Shown piece by piece: positions 45,141 through 57,185 of a DNA stretch of 64,000 nucleotides. The position numbers and the translations under genes were made by a program. Within the stretch, counting starts at the first letter, position 1. Each line of letters begins with the position of its first letter. Below the pieces are notes generated by a model. The model ran no database searches, was not told the origin of the DNA, and worked only from the letters and a program-made list of their open reading frames with translations. The stretch is from Rhynchopus sp. YZ270_cl-10 (lineage: Eukaryota): positions 496,001-560,000 of the forward strand of contig OZ037836.1 in the NCBI GenBank assembly GCA_964035575.1, read 5' to 3'.

Positions 45141-46500
45141 GGTTTTGTGTCTCTCTGTTTGAGGTGTTTTGGGTGGGGCAAGAAGAAACAACAAAGTTGA
45201 TGCGTTACACGAAAGAGTTGCAGCAGTTGAAGCCACCCCTTCACGAAGGCATCCCTGCCATCCTCACGGTGCAAAGAGAGGTGCCGTCAAGAACTCTGAG
45301 GACAAACGGGCAACAACTGCTCTCTGTACGGTGGCGGCTTCAGAGCATTCCTTGCGCCACCTTGTCTGGGTCATTTGTAATGTCAGTTTCTTACTCAGGT
45401 GTACCACGGCATGACACGTGAGAGACAGGGGAGAAAATAGAGACTGACCTGTCCAGTCAGTGTGGTTTTACTTTGTTTCCAGTATTGGTGCCCAGCTGGT
45501 TCTGGAGGGGAGGGTTGTTGTTGCTGCTGTTTTTGCTTTGTGCTCTTTTTTGGTGGTCTTTAGACCAAAAAAAATGTGGTGTTTGCTTTTATTTTGTTGC
45601 ATTCGTGTTTTGTATCCATGACCAAGCGAGGTGCGGAACCTATTAATAGGCTATTCGGCATACCAATTCACAGTGGTCTTATCAGGAATCCTTTTTTGTG
45701 TTTTATTTTCAAAATAAAAGTAAAAATGCTCGAGAGACTCGTTACTCTTTTGCTTGTTGCTCAAAAGGCTAAAAACGGGAAGAGGAAAAATGTTTGTTGC
45801 TCGCTTCCACAATTATTTTTTCTCGATTGATGACGGTAAATACACAGATTTACGGTTTGAGTGTGTTTGCCTGAAGTACAGAAAATGTTGTGGAGCACAA
45901 AGGGGAACAGAGAGGGGGAAAACAAGCGGGGCAGGTGGATACGCAGAACATGCGACTTTTCACGAGGGTCTCGAGCATTTTGTCACACATACTACGTGTT
46001 AACTAAAAGTAAAAACTGGTTTCGGCCGGTCTGCTCCCTGAGCAGGAAAAGGTCACTTCGACCGCGTTAATTAGAAGGTGCAAGAGCTTAAAACAATAAA
46101 GCCTACATCCTCGAAACGTTTCTACACAAATGATTTCATTGAACGCATCCCAATCAATAAAGCAATAAAAAACAATAAAGACAAAAGGCATATCCAGAGA
46201 ATGCACAACATGCGCATAATTGTGTTATGCGCATGGTTTTTGTGTGTTTTTTTTAAATGTCATGCTCATACAAAAAAAAATGGATATAAAGGGAGAGGTT
46301 GTGGTGAAACGCGTGAAATGTGGCTCTACCTCCAACCCACCTCAGAATAGAAAAAGGAAGGGGGTAGGGGCACGGTGTTCAATTTCCTTTTGGCGTTGCA
46401 TGTAATCATACACTAAAAATGCAAAAATAAAGAAGAAGAAAAAAGGTTGCTCTTTGAACAGCGTAACGAGCAGCTAGCCTCTCAAAAGATGCATAGAGCC

Positions 46501-47862
46501 TCACATGCACACACATTTACACTTGTTGTCCTCCTTCAGGTTACGGATCGCACGGCTCGATCCGGTGACGTTGATGCTGCATTTACGTAAGCCATTAAGT
46601 GCTCCTGGCCAAATGTGATCCACCTTCGCCCACCCAGACAAGTCCAATGCTCGCAAGGAGGTGCAGTTGCTGACGAAGTCGTCATCGATGTGCGTCATAT
46701 TGCTCCACCCAGACAGGTCAAGTGTGGTCAATGAGGTGCATTTGGAGAGGAAGCACCTTCCTGCCTGCTTCGCACTGCTCCACCCAGACAAGTCAGCGGT
46801 TCGCAATCCGGTGCAGTTGGCGACGAAGTCGTTCCCTACTTGCGTCACATTGCTCCACCCAGATAGGTCAAGGGTCTGCAATGCGATGCAGTTGACGAGG
46901 AATACGTTCCCCACTTGCGTCACATTGTTCCATCCAGAAATATCCACTGTGGTCAACGCACGGCAGTCGTAGAGGAAGTGCCTCTCTATTGTGGTTACGT
47001 TGTGCCACCCAGATAAGTGAAGGCTTCGCAATGCAATGCAGTTGGCGAGGAAGTAGTCCTCAATCCGCGTTACGCTGTTCCACCCAGATAAGTTCAGTGC
47101 GGTCAATGCGCTGCAGTTGTGGACGAAGTAGTTCTCAATCTGCGTCACATTGCTCCACCCAGAAATGTCAAGTGTGGTCAACGAACTGCAGTTGGAGAGG
47201 AAGCAGCTTCCTACTTGCGTCACATTGCCGCACCCAGATAAGTCCAGTGCGGTCAAGGACGTGCAGTTGTGGAGGAAGTAGGGTCCAATCCGCGTCACAT
47301 TGTTCCACTCAGACAAGTCAAGGCTTCGCAATGACGTGCATTTGGAGAGGAAGTATTTTCCTATGTGCGTCACATTGCTCCACCCAGATAAATCAACAGT
47401 ACGCAATGAGATGCAGCGGTGGAGAAAATGTTCGTTTATTGTAGCAACACCTGGCACACCACTGAGATCAAGTTCTTTGTACCTGCCGTGTGCCAAAAAG
47501 TCTAACGGTGTCTCAGTAACAACCTCCGCCTGCAGAAACAAACGAACCAGCTTGGGATCTCTCAGAGTTTCGAACCTCTCTTCCGTCAGCTCTCTCTCAC
47601 CCAAGTCACGAAGAGCTGCAATGGCGTCGTCCTTCTGCGACTTCTTCTGCCACTTCTTCTTCAGCACAACTGTGTCCCCAGCACTCAGCTGCGTGATGTA
47701 GTCTCCTTCGGCCAGCAGCTTCCCTCCGAAGCTCATGTCAAAGCCGTCTTCGAACAACTCTGCTGCAGACGCCACCTTCCGCCGTATGTCCGCAGTTGTA
47801 TCATCCACACCCACCTCGACTGTGTACTTCTCTCCGTCAAAACTCTTCACACATATTTTCAT
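46501..47862 (-). CDS. Ubl-LRR-CaaX protein, copy 11 (453 aa)
   Basis: Intact ORF with the longest LRR run; ends KCKCVCM. Confidence 0.88.
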   Translation of the reverse strand: MKICVKSFDGEKYTVEVGVDDTTADIRRKVASAAELFEDGFDMSFGGKLLAEGDYITQLSAGDTVVLKKKWQKKSQKDDAIAALRDLGERELTEERFETLRDPKLVRLFLQAEVVTETPLDFLAHGRYKELDLSGVPGVATINEHFLHRCISLRTVDLSGWSNVTHIGKYFLSKCTSLRSLDLSEWNNVTRIGPYFLHNCTSLTALDLSGCGNVTQVGSCFLSNCSSLTTLDISGWSNVTQIENYFVHNCSALTALNLSGWNSVTRIEDYFLANCIALRSLHLSGWHNVTTIERHFLYDCRALTTVDISGWNNVTQVGNVFLVNCIALQTLDLSGWSNVTQVGNDFVANCTGLRTADLSGWSSAKQAGRCFLSKCTSLTTLDLSGWSNMTHIDDDFVSNCTSLRALDLSGWAKVDHIWPGALNGLRKCSINVTGSSRAIRNLKEDNKCKCVCM

Positions 47863-48916
47863 GGTTTTGTGTCTCTCTGTTTGAGGTGTTTTGGGTGGGG
47901 CAGGAAGAAACAACAAAGTTGATGCGTTCCACGAAAGAGTTGCAGCTGTTGAAGCCACCCCTTCACGAACTGCCGTTTGCTTGACCCTTTGTTTTGTTAT
48001 CCTGAGAGTGTGTGATCAACGTTGGTCAAACTCTCCCACTTTGTCTCTTGCCTGTTCTCTTCATATTTGTTCTGGTTGCAACGTCCTGATGGCAATCATG
48101 AGCCATCGATTGGGTGTCGACATCCCCATCCCCACCCCACCCAGGTACATAATGGAGTGCGGCATTGAGCAAAAGCGCACAAAAAAAAAAAGTGAGGGGG
48201 GGAGAAAAATATATTTTTTTCTAATTGAAAGTGGTGTTTTACGTTTTGGGGGGAGGAGGGGGATGAGATCTGTTCGATAAATGAAACGCAAGTTTTTTAT
48301 CTTGTTCAAAAGAATAATAGAACCTGCATTCTTGAACCTTTCTACTGACGTAATTTTCATTGGATGTATCCCCTTTTAAGAAAAACACTAATATATTTTT
48401 TGGCCCCCCTCTGTAAGTGTTGACCTGAATTGAAGTCCGGGAGCACAAGCAAAGGGCAATGAAAGGGAACAACAATATGTGAACAAGACAGCAAGAGACG
48501 GTGTCTATTTTCGAAACCACACACGATCATTTCTGTTTTGCATTATTTCCTTACAACCATACACGTACCGTTTGTATGGCGGAAAAAAACCCCCCCAAAA
48601 CCATGCTGGGACAGAACAAAACTGGGCAATCGAGCATTTTTGGGGGTGTCCCAGTTTTATTCCGTCCAAGAATAGTTCCTAGTACGGCATGAACAAGGGA
48701 GAGGCAGGGGCTGTACTGTCCAGTCAGTGTGGTTTACTTAGTTTCCAGCTGGTTTCTGGAGGGGAGGAGGGGGGGGATTAGGCTATCTATTTACAATGCG
48801 AAAGTTCCGTTCTTGTCTATTGTTGATTGTCTCTTTTCGTGTTCTAAAAACGCAAACATCAAAAGGGTTGCTGTTTGAACAGCGTAACGAGCAGCCACCC
48901 TCATGATGCACATGCC

Positions 48917-50212
48917 TCACATGCACACACATTGGCAGTTCTCCTTCTTCAGGTTACAGATGGCACGGCTCGATCCGGTGACGTTGATGCTGCATTTACG
49001 TAAGTTGCAACCATTAAGTGCCTCTCGACCAATGTGCTCCACCTTCGCCCACCCAGACAAGTCCAATGCGAGCAAGGAGGTGCAGTTGCTGACGAAGTTG
49101 TCTCCAATGTGCGTCATATTGCTCCACCCAGACAGGTCAAGTGTGGTCAATGACGTGCATCGGAAGAGAAGGCACCTTCCTGCCTGCGTCGCACTGCTCC
49201 ACCCAGACAAGTCAGCGGTTCGCAATCCGGTGCAGTTGTAGACAAAGTCGTTCCCTACTTGCGTCACATTGCTCCACCCAGATAGGTCAAGGCTTCGCAA
49301 TACGATGCAGTTGACGAGGAAGAAGTCATCAATACGGGCCACATTGTTCCACCCAGAAAAGTCGAGTGTGGTCAATGCGTTGCAGTTGGCGAGGAAGTAC
49401 GTCTCTATTTCCGTTACATTGCTCCACCCAGAGAAGTCAAGTGTTCGCAGTGCGATGCAGTTGTAGAGGAACCAGCTGCCAATCCTCACAACGCTCTTCC
49501 ACCCAGACAAGTCCAGTGTGGTTAAGTGGCTGCAGTTGGAGAGGAAGTAGTTCTCAATGAGTGTCACCTTGTTCCACCCAGAAATATCTAGTTTGGTCAA
49601 CGAACTGCAGTTGGAGAGGAACCGGTGTCCAATCCGCGTCACATTGTTCCACCCAGACAAGTCTAGTGTGGTCAATGAGGTGCAGTCGGAGAGGAAGTAG
49701 TGTCCTATTTGGATCACATTGCTCCACCCAGATAAATCAACAGTGCGCAATGAGGTGCAGCGGTAGAGAAAGTATTCGTTTATCGTAGCAACACCTGGCA
49801 CACCACTGAGATCAAGTTCTCTGAATGGGAGACCTGACAAGAACTCAAAGGGTGTCTCAGTCACAACCTCCGCCTGCAGAAACAAATGAACCAGCTTGAG
49901 ATCAGCCAGACAGGGATATGTAAGACCTCTGAACCTCTCTTCCGTCAGCTCTCTCTCACCCAAGTCACGAAGAGCTGCAATGGCGTCGTCCTTCTGCGAC
50001 TTCGTCTTCGTCAGCACAACTGTGTCCCCAGCGCTCAGCTGCGTGATGTAGTCTCCTTCGGCCAGCGCCGTCCCTCCGAAGCTCATGTCAAAGCCGTCTT
50101 CGCGCAACTCTGCTGCAGTCGCCACCTTCCGCCGTATGTCCGCAGTTGTATCATCCACACCCACCTCGACTGTGAACTTCTCTCCATCTAAAGTCTTCAC
50201 ACATATTTCCAT
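48917..50212 (-). CDS. Ubl-LRR-CaaX protein, copy 12 (431 aa)
   Basis: Intact ORF ending NCQCVCM. Confidence 0.88.
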   Translation of the reverse strand: MEICVKTLDGEKFTVEVGVDDTTADIRRKVATAAELREDGFDMSFGGTALAEGDYITQLSAGDTVVLTKTKSQKDDAIAALRDLGERELTEERFRGLTYPCLADLKLVHLFLQAEVVTETPFEFLSGLPFRELDLSGVPGVATINEYFLYRCTSLRTVDLSGWSNVIQIGHYFLSDCTSLTTLDLSGWNNVTRIGHRFLSNCSSLTKLDISGWNKVTLIENYFLSNCSHLTTLDLSGWKSVVRIGSWFLYNCIALRTLDFSGWSNVTEIETYFLANCNALTTLDFSGWNNVARIDDFFLVNCIVLRSLDLSGWSNVTQVGNDFVYNCTGLRTADLSGWSSATQAGRCLLFRCTSLTTLDLSGWSNMTHIGDNFVSNCTSLLALDLSGWAKVEHIGREALNGCNLRKCSINVTGSSRAICNLKKENCQCVCM

Positions 50213-51503
50213 GGTTTTGTGTCTCTCTGTTTTGTGCAAGGTGTTTTCAATTGGGGGTAAGAGTACGCAAGAGACAACAAACAGTTAGGGAGAGGTCTTT
50301 TGCAAATAAAAATGTGTGTTCTATTTTTCAACGTGGTCACCATCGTTTTCGTGGCTTCATGTATTTTCATGACTTGTCAGTTTCTCTATCCTCTGCGATA
50401 TGACGCGCAAACACGCCGTTTTCAATTTGATTCGCAGATACTGACTCACGAAGTTGCTGTGCCAAAAAAACACCTTCCTCTGCGAGGCGGGATACCACAG
50501 CGACAACGTCTATCACTCATGCGCCTATGAGTCGCTCAATGGCGTCATGGCTTTTATCATGACTACAGGGGTGAACAAGATACAAATACGCACATAACAA
50601 AGAACACAAATGAAGAGATGAAAGCTATCTTGCAATAACACAACAAACACCGGTGGGGTAAAACAGACACAAAAATAGCATTTTACACCCCAAAACGCCC
50701 AGAAATGGGTATACCAAATTGCTTTGCTTGAAGTACAGAAATGAGGTGAGTGCACAATAAAGGAGGAGGGTGGTAAATTTGTTTCAATAACTTTCAAAGC
50801 AAAGAAGAGAAAGCTCAAGGACGTCAATAGATGCATTCAAACGTTAGTGTTTTTGTTGCAAAAATGTGAAGAAAAAACAAAGAAAAGAGAACATTCTCGA
50901 CGTACACACTCTGTTGATTCTGAAAACGGGAGTACAAAAATAGTGCACATGGAAAACATGTGGTGCTTCCTAAGGTATGTCACAACTGTCATGTCCCGGG
51001 TGCTTCACATGCACACACATTTGTACTTGGTATCGTCCACGAGGCTATGGCCACTATCGCCACGCACATATTCTGACACAACACTGCACGATCCGGTGAT
51101 GTTGATGCTGCTTGTGGGTATTGTGCATCTTTCCAGGAAGCCTGGCCCAATGTGTGTCACATTGCTCCACCCAGACAAGTCAAGGCTTCGCAATGCCCTG
51201 CAGTAGAAGAGAAAGTTTTTCCCTATGTGCGTCACATTGCTCCACCCAGAAATATCCAGTGTGGTCAATGAGGTGCAGTTGTAGAGAAAGTTGTCCCCTA
51301 TTTGCGTCACATTGTTCCACCCAGATAAATCTAGGTTTTGCAATGCGGTGCAGGAGGAGAGAAAGTTACGCCCTACGTGCGTCAAATTGCTCCATCCAGA
51401 AATATACACACCAGGGACCACACACCACCCCAACACACTACTATCATTCACTTACCTCTTGCTTACCTCTCCTCATCCCCACCCCCACCCCAGCCTCCTC
51501 GAT

Positions 51504-53085
51504 ATGGCTGGTCCTGGACGCTCACGCGACAGATCGGGGTCCTCGGTGGAGACGAGGCTGCGCCAGCAGGACTGGAACGTGCCATGCGGCACACAGACGC
51601 AGCTCCTTGAACAGCTGCGCACAGGCAACGTGCCCGAACAAGGCGCTGTTGCCATCACGGACAAGGCGGTCGCCGCCGAAATCCTCAAGACCCACCCCCT
51701 CAACTCCAGAGATGGACCCCCCGTCGCCGTCGTGACGATGGAGCCCCTCTCCGGCCACCGCCCCCACACCACCACCTTTGTGATGTGCACTCGACAGGAA
51801 GGCAGCTACATCGCACGTACCATGTGCATGTACCCCCTCAGCCGCACACCACCCCAACACATCCTCAGGTCGACCAACCTGGGCGCTACACCGCAGATGA
51901 TGAGAGCGGTGCTAGAAGTGACACGCGACGCCAGCGACCACCACACCTGGCAGAAGACACCCGCGCAGGCCGCACGCAAGTGGCTTACGCAAGCCAACAT
52001 CGTGGCTACCTCCGTGACTGCAGCACGCGACTGCAAGAACACTACCCGCCTGCTAACCCGACTGTTTGTGCAGGTGCACCCCGATACCGACCTCCGTCGC
52101 GCGTCAGGCATCGACGGCGTGCTGATCCGGCCGCAAGCAGCCTCACGCGAGAGGGTGGTGTGGCTGAAGCCGGAGCACTCCCTCAAGGAGGCTCGTGACG
52201 CAGCACAGCTGTATCTCGGAAGGGTGATTGCATCACCCAAATCTTTTGGGTTGGTCATCACCGACCCCGACCAGGAACGCCGTGCCTGCGCGGCGATCCA
52301 CGGCGACGCTGGGCTCGCCGACCAGAAGTCGCTCCTCATGCGGGGAGTACCAAAGGCCACCAACCCCGCGGACTTTGTTGCCGCACTCAACAACCACGGT
52401 CTCAGCTGCACAGCGCAGGCCGTACAGAGCACTGGGAAGACCTGGTGCGTGAAGGTGACGACACGCCAAGGCGTCCCCGAAGACCCCTGTGTCATCAACG
52501 GGAAGCCGGTGATCGCCTGCGAGGCCCAGCCCGGACACCGCTTCAAGAGGAAGAAGAGGAAGAGGAGCGGATCGGGCCCGGGCACACCCGACTCCAAACC
52601 TGATGCAAAACGGCAGCGCAAGCCGAGAAAAAAAAAACAGCAACAAAAAAAAAAAAAGCACAACCACCGACACCACCGCAACGACAGAGCCGCAGCTTGA
52701 GTCGAGGGAGGAGCTACAGAAGCAGAACCTCGCTCTACTACAACAGCTGGTGGAGATGAAGAAGCAGCTAGAGGACCTGACGGCACAGGTGCTCAGCCGG
52801 TCACCACCCCAATCCGCCAACCACAACCACGACACCGTGATGAACGCCAAGACCCCTTCTCCCAAGAAGACCTCACTACCACCACCGCGACTGGGGAACT
52901 CAACGCCGCGCGCACCACGAGGCTCCCCGCGCACGCGCCGCTCACCACCACGGCGTGTACGTACCCCGAAGGCCACTAACCCAAATGACAGGGGGGTGGC
53001 ATCATCACCAACGTCGAAGCGCGAACGCGACGGCAACCGGAAGGGCCGGGACTCTGCGAAGAAGTCCCCCCCTTTCAGGGTCTGA
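51504..53085 (+). CDS. LINE ORF1 (basic region plus predicted coiled coil), apparent frameshift in the A-runs at ~52628-52657
   Basis: The frame from ATG 51504 to the Lys-rich region continues in the 52603-53085 frame (EELQKQNLALLQQLVEMKKQLEDL). Confidence 0.6.
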
Positions 53086-56000
53086 CTTGACCCCACTGAC
53101 ACCTCCCCCACCAACCTCTACTACATCACAGTCGTCATCAGAAGGCTGCTTGTAGAGGCGGGCATCCACCCGAAACCCGGACCCAAGCCCCTTAAATGTC
53201 TATCCTACAACATCAACGGAATGACACCACAAACGCAAGCAGAACTGGTACGACTGCTTGCACAAAATGAGTACGACGTTGTCTGTTTCCAGGAACTCAA
53301 AGCGAGCCAGACAGGCGACGTTGGCTTCGACGGATACATGCAGTACAAACGCATGCGTACCCAAGTGCGTGACAAGGGGGCGAAGACATCGGGAGGTGGC
53401 ATTGCAACCTACGTCCGCACTACACGCACCTCCAAACTCCTTTACACTTCTCCGGAGAGCAGCGTGACGGAGAGACTCGACGTCGAAGTGGAAGGTGTGC
53501 GATTCTGCAACGTGTACAGACCAAGCGCAGTAGGCCTACACAAAGACGACAAAAGAGTAGACGACTTCAATGTTAATGAACTACCCACAAAAGGGAAGGT
53601 GGTGATTGCGGGGGACGTGAATGCGCACCATCGATCCTGGGACACACACTGCGCTGCGGAAGACGCTTTGGGGAAAAAGATTTACCTTTGGACCCGAATG
53701 CACGACTTCAGCATCGCCAACGACCCGAAAAAAGCAACAAGACTCCATCTGGAGCAAAGAACCTCTCCTGACATTGTGTTGACTTCTGAGAAGGTGGCTG
53801 TCCGCGGCTGGACCACAGTGCCCAAGGCGATCTCCGACCACGTGCCTATTGAGTTCTCCATCCTGCGACCTGAGGAAGAGACCCAATGCGAGGCTGCCAC
53901 CGAACAGCGACAGCGGACAACATGGAACTGGAAGGAGGCCGACTGGGCCCGGTTCAGTACTATGTTGGAGGCAAGCACTGCGAAGACCACGAAGCGCACA
54001 GACCCCAACGAGACCTACTCCCGCTGGCTAGGGATGGTCAACAAAGCAGCTGAAGAGTGCATCCCCACGCAGCGCGTCAACCGAAAACGGCGGAAGTGGT
54101 TCACTGGTGCGGCGAAGCGGGCCATTACGAACCGTGACCGGGAACTTCAACGACAGCTGTACGCACTCTCAGCCACCGACTGCGAAAGATGCGGAACACC
54201 TCACCCATCTCCGACACAAAGCCTCAGAAGAGATTCGCAAGGCAAAAAAGCGTGTCTGGGACGCGCGATGCGACGAAGCAGCTTCGGCGGCGGACCTGGG
54301 TTACACCTTCAACCTAATCCGCGAACTCGACGGGCGTGCACAGCGATCGACCGCAATGCCATTGGCAAAAGAAGGTACACCGTTCACATGCCCCCGCGAG
54401 AAGGCCAACTACATGGCGGAACACTTGGCGACAGTGAACAGAGGCACACCCCTCACAACAAAGCCCCAACGACACAAAATCCGCAGCGTGAAAACGACAA
54501 CACCTGCAGAAGACATCTTCACCCTCGCAGAGCTGAAAACCTGCATTGGAGAGCTCAAGAAGAAGAAGTCCACTGGCCCAGACGGGGTCCACAACGAATG
54601 GCTCCAACACCTTGGTGAAGGAGCACTGCGAGCCCTCCTACATGTGTGCAACCTCTCCTGGACGACGGCAGTTCTCCCGGAGGCATGGACGACAGCAACG
54701 GTGATCCCACTGCACAAAAAAGGGAAAGACATGACTGACCCCGCGTCGTATCGCCCGATCTCTCTCACCAGCAGTGTGTCGAAGGTGATGGAGAAACTGG
54801 TAAAGCGACGTATGCACCAACTGATGAGCCAGCCAAACTCTTCAGTGAACAACCTCCACTCGGCCCAGGCTGGATTCCGATCCCTCCGTTCGACATCCGA
54901 CCAGCTGCAGCTGATCGTACAAAGCATGCACAACACATGCAACAACAAAAGATCCGGGGTACTCCTCACCTGCGATATGGAAAAGGCGTTCGATCGTGTC
55001 TGCAGAAAACGTATCCTCAAGAAGATGCACGAGATGGGCTTCCCACCTAGATACACTAACTGGGTGACAAACTATCTCACCAACAGAGTCTCGCGGGTGT
55101 CGGTGCAGGGCCATCTGAGCGACCCCTACATCTCCGAGGACGGAGTGCCGCAAGGTACCGTCCTTGCTCCATTGCTCTTCAACCTGGTGATGGACGACCT
55201 AGCGATACAGCTCAGCCGACACGGCGACGACGTGATACCGGCACTCTTCGCCGACGACGTTGCAATACTTGTGACGGGTAATACGATGGAGGATGCGGTA
55301 GCTCTTGCACAGACAGTGTTCAGTGAGGTGGAGGGGTTCACTGGTGGTGCCAACATCCGCCTATCCGCCAGCAAGACAACCTGGATGCCTGTATCAGCAC
55401 CCACACGCCTGCCAAAAGACCCCGTCAAGCTGCAACAGGTACGGGACAGACAACAAAGGGAAGACGAACTGTCCATTCACTTCCTCGACGGGTCACTCCT
55501 CAAACGAGACCTCCACCCACGATACCTAGGTCTCATTTTGGATCGCTCAGGCGACATGAAAGCACACTTCGACATGGTCGTGGAGCGCTTTTCCTGCCGG
55601 ATGTCGATCCTGCACAGCCTAGCAGGGACCGACTGGGGCTGCGACGCACACACGCTACGAGCTGCCTACCTGAGCTACGTCTACCCCACGATTACGTACG
55701 CCGCTAGTGTCTACGGCAGCAGACTCTCCGCGACTCACATCGACACCCTCGAAAAGCTCCATCGGAAGGCAGCGAAGGCAATTACGGGGTGCGACTACAT
55801 GACGCACGGACTGGACGTGCTGTGGGAGGCCCACCTGCAAACCGTTGCGTGCCACCTCCGACGTGTAGCTGCCAACGACTACGAGAAGTTCATGCGACTG
55901 CCCGACTCACCTGGACATGCTGCCGCACTCTCCACCACCAAACCACCTGGCCGCACCTGGCTCTCAGAGGCTACCGACACCATCGACGACTCCAAGGCGT

Positions 56001-57079
56001 ATAGGCACAGTGAACGTGCATTGCTGTGTGAACACGACCCCGTATGTCCCCGGGAATGGGAGGAGCTCTCGCAGTCTCTGCGGATCACCCCCACCATACC
56101 GGGCATCAACAAGAGCAGCGGAATGCCGGCTGACATCATGCTACTGCGGGCGGAAGAGACCCTCGCCGCTCTACCCAACTACGACGTGCACGTCTACACC
56201 GACGGGTCGTGCCAAGACGTGTCCCAGCGCGTGACCGCCGCTGACCCTAACCCACCTGTGCATCAACGTGGTGGCGCTGGCGCCGTGTTCTACGCGGGGG
56301 ATCGACTACACTCCCACACCAAGGAGCTGCAAACCGGAGCGGGCACAGTGAGCTCCAGTTACCAGGCTGAGCTGGTGGCAATCTGCCTTGGCTTGGAAGG
56401 CATCACGACCTGGGACGCACCCGCAGAAGTGCTCCTGCTCACGGACTCGCAATCCGCACTGATGGCGCTGGCGAGTGGCCCATGCGGGGTGCACGAGGAC
56501 ACGCTGCACCGACTCTGGCGTCTCCTACACTCACGTGCCCGTGAAGGGTACAAACTCCACCTGCACTACATCCCCTCCCACGTGGGGGTGCTAGGCAATG
56601 AGGCAGCCGACAAGCTCGCTAGCCGTGCGAACAACAGCCCCGCGAACCACGAGCGGATCAGCCTTGCGAGCATCCGCGCGTGCGTAAAGCGACGTGCCCT
56701 CAGCCGCGAGCCCACACCGTCTGAGCGCAGCATCTACTCCTACAAGAGTGGATCCACCACCGCCCTGCACCGACCTGCGCTGCGTACACCGCACCTCACG
56801 CGGCTGGGTGCGACGACCATCCGCAACCTCCGAGTGGAACGCCACCCACTCGTCTACAACAAGCTGCACCCGGACAGGACGGCGTACTGTCCACGTTGCT
56901 CCGAAGAGGCTTCGCTCCGCCACATCTTCTCCCGGTGCAGCAACCCCGCAACCCCACGCTCCAGCCTCCCTTCAACGAACCTGGGGCAGCTGATGCAACG
57001 CCACGAGGCAGACGTGCTCCGCTTCCTTTGCGAGGCTGGATACCTGGACGATGAAATTGAATCACTCATGCGCCATTGA
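53086..57079 (+). CDS. LINE ORF2: AP-endonuclease, reverse transcriptase, RNase H and C-terminal CCHC; one frameshift at ~54140-54175
   Basis: APE motifs: YNING, CFQELK, AGDVNAHH, SPDIV, SDHVPI. RT motifs: YRPISLTS, DMEKAFD, GVPQGTVLAPLLF, FADD, RYLG. RNase H motifs: YTDGS, AELVAI, TDSQS, GNEAADKLA. CCHC: CPRC..H..C. Confidence 0.93.
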
Positions 57080-57139
57080 GTCACTGATGTGGCACCGGCG
57101 TGATGACTTTTTAAACCTACCTTATCAAAATAAGAATCA

Positions 57140-57185
<46 letters not shown>

